Source: a virus (lineage: Duplodnaviria > Caudoviricetes). From it: DNA of 64,000 nucleotides. Below the pieces are notes generated by a model. It had not been told where the DNA came from. It did no database searches and saw only the letters and a list, made by a program, of their open reading frames with translations. Below are positions 17,640 through 25,477 of the stretch, piece after piece (position 1 is the first letter of the stretch; the number at the start of each line of letters is the position of its first letter). The DNA is taken from IMG/VR virus record IMGVR_UViG_3300028410_000746. One strand, written 5' to 3'. The position numbers were made by a program, and so were the translations under genes.

Positions 17640-18031
17640 CAGGAAGCCTGCTGTGTGGTCTTGGAGGGGGTGTAGGACTTCTGGAGGACCTTCCACAGCT
17701 CCCGGCCCCTCTCCAGGGTCACGATGGTGGAGCCGCGCACTTGACCTCGCGTGTCGAACTTGCGCATCTGCACCAGCTCACCACGCGCCTCGAACTCGAC
17801 GCGGGGGTACTGCACGTTCACGCCGAGCTTGGCCTTGAACGTGTGGACCGTTCCGCCCTCCGAGTTGAGGTACCCCTCACGTGCGTTCAGCCTCTCCCGC
17901 TGCGCCCTGAGGATTTCCCGGCTCTCGTCGAGGGCCTTGTCCACTTCGGGAACCTTCTCCACCGCGTTCGCAATGGCGGCGCCGATTCCGATCATCATCC
18001 CTACGTCCTTGCTCCAGCTCTTCGTATCCAT
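17639..18031 (-). CDS. Hypothetical early protein (MDTKSWSKDVG...)
   Basis: GGGAG RBS; directly behind the promoter at 18074-18102. Confidence 0.7.
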   Translation of the reverse strand: MDTKSWSKDVGMMIGIGAAIANAVEKVPEVDKALDESREILRAQRERLNAREGYLNSEGGTVHTFKAKLGVNVQYPRVEFEARGELVQMRKFDTRGQVRGSTIVTLERGRELWKVLQKSYTPSKTTQQAS

Positions 18032-18073
18032 CTTATGCTCCCTTGTCGTGGTGTGTCGTTCTATCTTACCTCC

Positions 18074-18102
18074 TATATACCACAAGGACGTGAGGTCGTA
18101 AA
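18074..18102 (-). promoter_or_regulatory. Early promoter TTTACG-N17-TATATA with TGTGG
   Basis: Member of the repeated motif family. Confidence 0.8.
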
Positions 18103-18110
18103 AAGAATCT

Positions 18111-18386
18111 TCAAAGGAGGCGTGCGCGAAGCTCCTCAAGACAGAAGAGACGTCTTTGGGTCACCACTTCGGTCTGCGTAGCGTAGAAGGCCTTCTCCTG
18201 GGGCGGCACCTTGAGTACCAGCCGGGACGCGAACGCGTCGTCTGTGTAGCCTTGGGCGTCGAAGCGGATACCGCTGGAGTTGAACGTACCGTCTTCGCGT
18301 TGAGTGACGACGCGAAAGCATCCTGCGCCGTCGGCGTAGGTGGCTCCGTCTTCGAGCCGGAAGGATTCATCAGGGTAGAACTGCAT
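18111..18386 (-). CDS. Hypothetical protein
   Basis: GGAG RBS; 91 aa. Confidence 0.65.
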   Translation of the reverse strand: MQFYPDESFRLEDGATYADGAGCFRVVTQREDGTFNSSGIRFDAQGYTDDAFASRLVLKVPPQEKAFYATQTEVVTQRRLFCLEELRARLL

Positions 18387-18586
18387 GGGGGTTACTCCGT
18401 AGAGGCTCTTGAGCGGAGAAGGTAAAGCGCTCTCACGGCCTCTTCATGGGTAGGGTAAGAAACAGGGTCTACGGACGATCCAACATATGTGCGAACCTTC
18501 GGCTGCGTGGCAGTTGCAAGGGTAGCATTGAATCCACCCGGACGGGTGGTAGGCCTCGTCCATCGTGACGTCGTAGTGAGGCGCGT

Positions 18587-19091
18587 CTACGCCCCCGTTA
18601 AGGTCCTGGGTCCTCGGTGGGAAACCGGCGAGCTACCAAGGTCCCACATGGCCACGAGCCCTTCCAGAAGGCTTGCGCTTTTACCGGCTGTGTGTTGGAG
18701 GATGCCCTCTGGTTCAATCACAGGTACCACGCGGATAGAATGCACATGCGTGCCCAGGAGATCGGTGAGCTTGTCGTGAGTCTCCTCCACTCGGTTGATG
18801 TCCCTCACCACGCAGTTGAGACGGCCCTCCTGGCCGCTCACAAAGAGGACACCTCGGAACAGTTTGGGATACGTGACGTAGAACATTTCCATATAGCGCA
18901 CGCAAGCGTTACGCGAGTCGAACGCGATGAACGTATGTGCTCGGAGATGCTCGGAGATGCTCGTCAGCGCCGGGATACACAGCCTGGAGGACCTTGTAGG
19001 CTGGGATGTTGCGTTGGGCGGGCGGCTGAAGTATTCCATGCTCCAAGGGCTTGTGGTCCACATATGCGATTTGGTGGAAGATGTTTGACAT
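18587..19091 (-). pseudogene. Hypothetical gene split by a 10-bp tandem duplication
   Basis: ATG 19091 after AGGAG. The duplicated TCGGAGATGC (18941-18960) shifts the frame; removing one copy gives a continuous ...PGADEHLRAHTFIAFDSR... protein. Confidence 0.7.
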
Positions 19092-19122
19092 GTAAACGCT
19101 CCTACTCAAGAAAGGGTGTGGG

Positions 19123-19341
19123 TTACTTGGAGCGGTACGTGATGCGGCCCCTCGTGAGGTCGTACGGAGACAGCTCGACGGTCACCATATCCCCTGGGAG
19201 GATCTTGATGTTGAACTTGCGGATCTTCCCGGACACGTGGCCGATCACCGTATGCCCGTTCTCGATCTCAATGGAGAACTTCGCGTTCCCCAGGGCCTCG
19301 ATCACCTTGCCCTCTACCTCTACTGCCTCTTCTTTGGCCAT
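19123..19341 (-). CDS. infA: Translation initiation factor IF-1
   Basis: 72 aa [22 protein letters not shown]...[26 protein letters not shown], unmistakable IF-1; GAGGAG RBS. Confidence 0.97.
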   Translation of the reverse strand: MAKEEAVEVEGKVIEALGNAKFSIEIENGHTVIGHVSGKIRKFNIKILPGDMVTVELSPYDLTRGRITYRSK

Positions 19342-19463
19342 GACGCTACGCTCCTCAGTTGGTCGCCGTGAGGAAGTCTCACGGCGGATTGAGAGGGAAC
19401 TTAGCACAAGAGGTTAGAGGTCGTCAAGAGGTCGGTTAATCTATTGTTCGGGCCTGTGGGTGG

Positions 19464-20177
19464 TCACGGGCAAGGTACCGGGACGTAGTGAAGGTCAGGC
19501 CAAGTCTTTGCGAGGTGAGGCAAGGCCGACGTGGGAAGCCGCTTGATGGCGAGCATATAGTCCCCCACCTCGGAGACGGATTCAGCGCTGTACGTCGAAG
19601 CCCATTTGAGAACGTCCCCCAAGAGTCGTGAGTCGCATTGCAAAAGCACATCACAATGTGTGATCTCTCCCGAGAGCAGGACGTCCGCGTCTGCTACGCC
19701 CTCCCACAGGTGGGTCTCATCACCGACCTCTCCCCACACCAGATCAACCTCCCAGTCCGGCCAGAAGCGGTTGGTCCAGCCGCGTACAGCGCGCACGACC
19801 TCATCGGGGTCGACGGGATCAGGCCACCTCACGAGCGGGTTGCTGAAGGGGTCCTCGACGTGGCTGAATTGGACCCCGCTGTCCAGCTCCTCCTCTCCGA
19901 AGTCCCTGGCGATCTCCTCCTGGGAGCGTACGAACTCGTCGGTGATCAGGCTCATCAGGTAGACCTGCCTGGACCCGTAGCGCGTGGAGACCTCGACCTG
20001 CACGTCGCAGTAGTGGCGCTCCCCCATGCTGGCGTCCTCACTCCACACGAGGACTCGGCTTGGGCCTGGAGACTTCAGCCACCGCTCCATGCCGGTAGCG
20101 AGCACACAGGGCTCATCTCCAGCCCATTTGCGCCACGTGTGCATCGCCCGAAAGGGCACCCTCTTCAATTCACCCAT
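19464..20177 (-). CDS. Hypothetical protein
   Basis: About 237-aa Trp/acidic-rich ORF; start uncertain. Confidence 0.65.
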   Translation of the reverse strand: MGELKRVPFRAMHTWRKWAGDEPCVLATGMERWLKSPGPSRVLVWSEDASMGERHYCDVQVEVSTRYGSRQVYLMSLITDEFVRSQEEIARDFGEEELDSGVQFSHVEDPFSNPLVRWPDPVDPDEVVRAVRGWTNRFWPDWEVDLVWGEVGDETHLWEGVADADVLLSGEITHCDVLLQCDSRLLGDVLKWASTYSAESVSEVGDYMLAIKRLPTSALPHLAKTWPDLHYVPVPCP

Positions 20178-20287
20178 CTCACCCGCCAACGCTCAAGATC
20201 ACAGGAGGTCCGAGCCGCCTACTTATGATGGTGTGAGTATCAATACCGTATTGACCAGAACCCTCTACCCTCCCCCTGGAGCCTACC

Positions 20288-21190
20288 GTGATTTTGCAAG
20301 ATGTGACCGTTGATCCGACCCCTGGAAAGAGCCTGCGCACCCTGGAGGTCGATTCGAGGATGATCCTTCAGCTCTTTGACACGGGAAAGGTCGCCATCCC
20401 CGAGGAGCTTCCGGAGGGCCTGGAGCTTTGGCCCAACCAGCCGGTGGTCTTGCGCAGCGGCCAGACGTCGGCTGTTGGTCTGGTGGATTCAAGAGGTCAA
20501 AACATCATCCGGGTCAACGAAGAGCTGGAGTTCTTCGGCATCCGGGGGCGAAACAAGGAGCAGCAGGGACTGCTTCACCTCCTGCGTAGCCAGGGCGTAC
20601 GCGTCATGGTGATCACGGGCCCGGCCGGAACGGGCAAGAGCCTCCTGGTCAGCGCGTGGGCGCTTCACATGCTCTTGAACGAAAAGAAGTGGAGCAAGCT
20701 CATGCTCTCCAAGCCGTTGGAGATCACCACGGGCACGAGGTACTGGGGGACGGTCCCAGGCGACGCAGACGACAAGTTCGCCCCCTTCCTGCGCTCGTAC
20801 ATGATGACCTTCGAGAGCCTTGTGGGAGAGAAGGGCATGGAGTACATCCACACGGCCCGTGACAAGGGTGCGATTGAGTTCTTCCCCCTGGAGCTTATGC
20901 GTGGCGTGTCCATCCGTAAGGCGCTCGTATGGTACGATGAGGTCCAGAACCTGAACGCCCATGAGATGCAGACGCTGGGATCACGTATCGACGACGTGGG
21001 CGGGACCAACCTCATCATCTCCGGCGACATCAAGCAGCGAGACAAGGACATCGACATCCGACAGACCGGCTTGAGCAAGATGGTCAGCTCCAAGGCCTTC
21101 CTGAAGTCGCCATTGACTGCACACGTCCACCTCTCTCGAATCGAGCGCGGCGCGGTTGCGCAGCTCTTCCACGACGTCTTCGACCGCTGA
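20288..21190 (+). CDS. phoH: PhoH-family ATPase
   Basis: RGRNKEQ, GPAGTGKSLL, ELMRGVSI, YDEVQNL, ISGDIKQRD and IERGAVA motifs; no PIN domain; start uncertain. Confidence 0.92.
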   Translation: MILQDVTVDPTPGKSLRTLEVDSRMILQLFDTGKVAIPEELPEGLELWPNQPVVLRSGQTSAVGLVDSRGQNIIRVNEELEFFGIRGRNKEQQGLLHLLRSQGVRVMVITGPAGTGKSLLVSAWALHMLLNEKKWSKLMLSKPLEITTGTRYWGTVPGDADDKFAPFLRSYMMTFESLVGEKGMEYIHTARDKGAIEFFPLELMRGVSIRKALVWYDEVQNLNAHEMQTLGSRIDDVGGTNLIISGDIKQRDKDIDIRQTGLSKMVSSKAFLKSPLTAHVHLSRIERGAVAQLFHDVFDR

Positions 21191-21206
21191 ATCCTCCCAA
21201 TACGAG

Positions 21207-21250
21207 AGAGGCCCCCGATGAGTCAAATCTCATCGGGGGCCTCTTTGCTT
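21207..21250. terminator. Bidirectional intrinsic terminator
   Basis: 16-bp stem AGAGGCCCCCGATGAG / CTCATCGGGGGCCTCT with loop TCAAAT, between convergent genes. Confidence 0.85.
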
Positions 21251-21261
21251 CGGGTCGAGCG

Positions 21262-22980
21262 TCAGTTGACTTGATTGAGGTCGGTTCCTGCCAGGAGCGA
21301 AGCCATGCGGTCGCGGTTCTCGGCCGGCACGAAGTCGCCTTCCAGCTCCACGATGCGAGCCGAAGACGCGTACTTCGCGCGGACACCCTCACGACGAACC
21401 GGATCGTAGCCGACCCATCCGAGGATGGTGCGGATCTCCTCTTCCATCGTCTGAATGAGCGGCGGCTTGGTCCGCACCACCTCCTCCAGGATCTCGGTCG
21501 TGAGCACCTTCTCCTCGGTCATGTAGGCCTTGCGCATGCCGTCACACACCACCTGCTCAATCTCACGGCCCGTCAGGTTGGACGAGGACGCAGCCAGGAG
21601 GTTCGTATCCACCGCATCCTTCTTGCCCATGCCATCCCTCCAGTATTTGGAGAGCTGGATGTCGAAGCAGATCTTGCGCGCCTCGACGTCCGGGAGCCCG
21701 ACGAAATACTTCTCCTCGAAGCGAGAGACCAGCTCGGGCGGAAGAGACGTGATGCCGTTGGCGGTCGCGATGACGAAGATGTCCTCAGCGTGGTCCTGGA
21801 ACCAGCTCAGGAACGTACCGATGACGCGCGCCGTCGTGCCCGAGTCCGAGAACGACGAGGACTGACTCCCCGCGAGACCCTTCTCAATCTCATCCACGAA
21901 GACCACGGCAGGGGCCACCGCTTCGATGTCCTGAAGCGCGCGCCTCATGTTGGCCTCGGAGTCACCCACGCGCGCCGAGAAGAGCGCCGACGGGTCGAAA
22001 CGTACGAACGAGACGCCCATCTCCTTGGCCAGCGCCTTGGCCATCAGGGACTTGCCGCAGCCGGGGACGCCGATCATCAGGAGGCCACGGGAGTTGGGGA
22101 CTCCCCACGCACGCCCCTCCGGGGTCCACGCCTCGCGCACTTCCATCAGGCGACCCTTGAGCGCGTCCAGACCGGCTACGTCGTCAAACGTGAGCATCGG
22201 GTCGACCAGCTCCAGCAGGTCGGACTTCTCGATGATGGCCCGCCTCTCTTGAACCATGCTGTCGAGGGTGACCTTGTAGTCCGGGGAGGAGATCGTCAGC
22301 CGCGTGACGATCTCACGCACTTGGTGTAGCGTCAGACCCCGACACGCCTTCACGAAGTCTTCGCCCACCTCTTCCTCGGCGTCTCGGCCGGCCGGGAGCG
22401 TGTAGTCCGGCATGTAGGCCTGGAAGTGACTCTCCAGGCTCGTCAGGTAGCTCTTGAGGTGGGGGTCGCTCGGGTTGCCGTAGTCCAACACCGAGACGTA
22501 CGGCTCCAGCTTGGGAGGGAGCTTACCCGTGGGACTCACCAGGATCAGCATGCGCCTCATGCTCGTGTTGCGGCCCGAAGAGCACGCGATGTTGAGGATG
22601 CGCCGCTGCACCTGCGCATCGTTGAGGTACACGTCCGCGTCCAGCATCAGGTAGAAGAGGTCCGCGCCCTTGTTACCCTGGCGCGTCTCATACACCGTCT
22701 GTAGCATTTGCAGCGGGTTGCGCGATGCGGCATCGTCCACCGTGCTCGCGAGCGTGTTCATCTCGTCGAGGTAGCCTCCGGCCGCGCGCGTGCCGAACGA
22801 AGGGTTCCAGACCTGTAGCTCATACGGCGGTGAGACGTCCTTACCCTCCCTCTCACGCGCCGCCTCCGCCGCCTTGAGGAACTTGCCATGAAGCTCCTCA
22901 ACCAGCCTCACCTCATCATTGGTCTTAACCATGAGGACGGGTGTGAGTGAGCGGAGATAATCGAGAAGCGGTGCGGCCAT
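21262..22980 (-). CDS. Ycf46/SpoVK-family AAA+ ATPase
   Basis: Degenerate N-terminal AAA domain; Walker A GVPGCGKS, Walker B VFVDEIEKG, IATAN...LPPELVSRF. Confidence 0.9.
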   Translation of the reverse strand: MAAPLLDYLRSLTPVLMVKTNDEVRLVEELHGKFLKAAEAAREREGKDVSPPYELQVWNPSFGTRAAGGYLDEMNTLASTVDDAASRNPLQMLQTVYETRQGNKGADLFYLMLDADVYLNDAQVQRRILNIACSSGRNTSMRRMLILVSPTGKLPPKLEPYVSVLDYGNPSDPHLKSYLTSLESHFQAYMPDYTLPAGRDAEEEVGEDFVKACRGLTLHQVREIVTRLTISSPDYKVTLDSMVQERRAIIEKSDLLELVDPMLTFDDVAGLDALKGRLMEVREAWTPEGRAWGVPNSRGLLMIGVPGCGKSLMAKALAKEMGVSFVRFDPSALFSARVGDSEANMRRALQDIEAVAPAVVFVDEIEKGLAGSQSSSFSDSGTTARVIGTFLSWFQDHAEDIFVIATANGITSLPPELVSRFEEKYFVGLPDVEARKICFDIQLSKYWRDGMGKKDAVDTNLLAASSSNLTGREIEQVVCDGMRKAYMTEEKVLTTEILEEVVRTKPPLIQTMEEEIRTILGWVGYDPVRREGVRAKYASSARIVELEGDFVPAENRDRMASLLAGTDLNQVN

Positions 22981-23058
22981 GTTCTTACCCTTTGATTGAC
23001 TTCTGTACTGGAAACGAATGGTCAGCGACGATACCGTACTACAGCGGAGCGGTCAACG

Positions 23059-23595
23059 TCAAGTAGTAGACTCAACGGTCTTCCAAGTGTCCATCGGATG
23101 CTGGATGAAGTACACCCGGTTGATGGGGACAGGGGTGTTGATGAGGTCGCCTCGGTCGGGGTCGTGCTCGTAGTCTCCAGCAATCACGCTCTTCTCATCC
23201 TTGGCGAGCGCGACGTCGTTCACCATTCCGCAGCTCGGGCACGTGCACCGGAGCACCTTGTCACCTGCCAGGGAGAAGTTGCTCCAGATCGGGGCCTTAC
23301 CCTCCACCACCTCGCAGGAGGCCGCCGTGAACGTCAGCTCCTTGGGGATGCCCATGTCAATGCCCACCGGGAGGTTGTAGTCCGGGTTGATGAAGTAGAA
23401 GAGCGGCTCCGTACATGAGCTACTACAGCAGCGCTGCACGTAACACGAGTAGGACTCCTGAGAGTACGAAACCGTGCTCTCGTAGTAGGAGAGGGAGGCG
23501 TCCCCCGAATCGAGCCCACGACCCACATACGTGGAGGTCTCCGTATCCTCCGACAACAGGTCATGGTTCTTGAACATCTGGTCAAGTCGTGACAT
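23059..23595 (-). CDS. Cys-rich (putative Zn-binding) hypothetical protein
   Basis: CCSSSC and CTCPSC motifs; promoter TTGACG-N18-TATAGT at about 23643-23672. Confidence 0.7.
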   Translation of the reverse strand: MSRLDQMFKNHDLLSEDTETSTYVGRGLDSGDASLSYYESTVSYSQESYSCYVQRCCSSSCTEPLFYFINPDYNLPVGIDMGIPKELTFTAASCEVVEGKAPIWSNFSLAGDKVLRCTCPSCGMVNDVALAKDEKSVIAGDYEHDPDRGDLINTPVPINRVYFIQHPMDTWKTVESTT

Positions 23596-23713
23596 GGCTT
23601 CCTTCCTTCAATCTCTCTGTTATTCTAGACCCCGGTGAGGGACTATACCCTAGCCGGCAGGGTAGCGTCAACTCTTTTTGCGACCGGGCAGCTTAAAAGA
23701 CCCCTCAAACGAA

Positions 23714-23751
23714 GAGAGGAGGCTCAACCCGTCTCCGGGGGGCCTCCTCTC
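23714..23751 (-). terminator. Probable intrinsic terminator
   Basis: GAGAGGAGGC / GCCTCCTCTC stem just after the stop at 23777. Confidence 0.6.
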
Positions 23752-23776
23752 TCACTCGCTCCTGATTCGGAGACGC

Positions 23777-24202
23777 TCAGCCGTACATGGGCTTGGTGCT
23801 GACATACACGATGTCACCCTGGCTCAGCTTGCCGCCGTAGCCCTCGATGTAGGGGATCTCGTCACCCACGGTGTACGAGTTCTCGATGATGTCGCCGTCC
23901 TCGCTGGCGTTCAGGAGGAACGTGTGGTTGGAGTACGCCTGCTTGAGGGGACCCTCGACGAACGCCTTGGCCGAGGTGCAGTCCTCGTCGAAGGAGCACG
24001 ACTCCGCGTTGGTGTCGATGGTGACGCCCGTGTAGCGGAAGCGCTCCACCTCGGCCCCGTCCATCTTGTAGTCGAGCTGGCCGTTGGTGACCTTGAAGTA
24101 GTGGTCCTTGGTGCGCGTGTAGGCGCACTTAAGCTCCTTGAGCGCAGCCTCGACGGCCTCGGGGTTGTTGTACTTGGTCTGGATCGTGATTTTGCGGGAC
24201 AT
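23777..24202 (-). CDS. DUF1257 (Ycf35)-like protein
   Basis: MSRKITIQTKYNNPEAVEAALKEL and LKQAYS match the DUF1257 pattern; GAGGAG RBS; near a Ycf46 ATPase. Confidence 0.7.
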   Translation of the reverse strand: MSRKITIQTKYNNPEAVEAALKELKCAYTRTKDHYFKVTNGQLDYKMDGAEVERFRYTGVTIDTNAESCSFDEDCTSAKAFVEGPLKQAYSNHTFLLNASEDGDIIENSYTVGDEIPYIEGYGGKLSQGDIVYVSTKPMYG

Positions 24203-24334
24203 GTCCTGCTCCTCTATGGATGGATGGATGCACATGCAGCCCGGCTACATGCTCTTGTTCTGTGACTCGCGGTAGACACACCAAGGAGTCAACTATGGTG
24301 CCAGGAGGTTTGCTTCCCTGGCAAGGCGTAGAAC

Positions 24335-24544
24335 TCAGCTATCCGAGCCCTGGACGAACGCGGTATCGTGCACCGGAGCACAGTCGCCGTCAGGGATGTC
24401 CTCGTCAGACGTGATGGTACCCATGCGATTGGCCGCCACGTAGATCTCTCCGCAAAGGTGCTGGCCTCGTGCGACCACCTGCTGAGTGACCTCTCCGTCC
24501 TTGTGAATGACCGTGATGTACTTCATCCCTTGCTTCGTGCTCAT
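24335..24544 (-). CDS. DUF2997-like small protein
   Basis: ITVIHKDGEVT...GQHLC...RMG.I matches the DUF2997 pattern; context with DUF1257 and Ycf46. Confidence 0.6.
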   Translation of the reverse strand: MSTKQGMKYITVIHKDGEVTQQVVARGQHLCGEIYVAANRMGTITSDEDIPDGDCAPVHDTAFVQGSDS

Positions 24545-24625
24545 AATGTACTCCCGTGATATGTTTTGGCTACAACCCTGCAACCGAGGAAGACCTTACC
24601 GCAACCCAATGCAGAAGGTCAAGAG

Positions 24626-25435
24626 CTATTTGTCGTCAGCCTTCCCCGATTTTCCCAGACGAACGCGGAGCTTTGATCCCCCTCTCTTCGACTTGGAGTC
24701 GTCAGCGGGGTCTGTCACCGCCCACGGGTTCGGTTGAATCACCTGGACGTTACCGGCAGGCTGGGGGGACTTGGCGTGTGTCCCCGGTGCCCCTGGGAGA
24801 ATGATACCGCTCTTTGGAGCTGGGGTGTTGTAGGTCGACGCCGCGCCGAGTCTCTTGGACGCATCCCCTTCTAGTACAGGCGCGCTCGCGGGCGCGGGCT
24901 CGTGTGCGCGCTCGCGGGCGGGTGCAGGCTCACGGGCGGGCTCGTGCGCGGGTGTGGGCTCGTGCGCAGGCTCGTGCGCAGGCTCGGGCGCGTGTGCGGG
25001 CGAGTCTCCCTTGAGCAGCGACACCGCGCGCTCTAGCTTTTCGGGGGACTCAGTACGCGTGTCCAGCATTCCGTGGTGTACCCGACGGTCCGCAGCAGGT
25101 GTGGAGGTGTCGAGTACCGCTGCATCCCCCTCGACCGTGATCGGGGAGAGCGACCAGTCGGACACTTGCGCGACGCTCTGCTTGAAAGACTTGAAATCCT
25201 GAGAGGAGAGCGTCGCGAACAGCGGATCATCAGATGCCAGGAAGGTCGGACTGTTGAGGCCCTCAAGCTGGCGCTTCATCCTCCGTGTCCACGAGAGGCC
25301 GTGGTACGACGACCGGTGACACTCCGGGTTGAGGCATCGGTTGCAAAAGGCCTGCTCGAATTGTTCGATCGTCGCCTGCACGCCCGTGTCCTGAAGACAC
25401 TCGCGTACGAAATCACCCTTGGTGTCACTCGACAT
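24626..25435 (-). CDS. Hypothetical protein with N-terminal CxxC...C motif and PAHE/PARE low-complexity repeats
   Basis: GAGG RBS; FCNRCLNPEC; repeats at about 24880-25000. Confidence 0.7.
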   Translation of the reverse strand: MSSDTKGDFVRECLQDTGVQATIEQFEQAFCNRCLNPECHRSSYHGLSWTRRMKRQLEGLNSPTFLASDDPLFATLSSQDFKSFKQSVAQVSDWSLSPITVEGDAAVLDTSTPAADRRVHHGMLDTRTESPEKLERAVSLLKGDSPAHAPEPAHEPAHEPTPAHEPAREPAPARERAHEPAPASAPVLEGDASKRLGAASTYNTPAPKSGIILPGAPGTHAKSPQPAGNVQVIQPNPWAVTDPADDSKSKRGGSKLRVRLGKSGKADDK

Positions 25436-25477
25436 ACCCACACCTCGCATAGTCCTCTTACCCCTCCTACAAGAGGA

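Noticed and set aside
18397-18589. Open frame continuing after the TAG at 18587 (possible amber recoding, code 15)
   Set aside because: All long genes are intact under code 11 and several end in TAG; a single case is not evidence of recoding.
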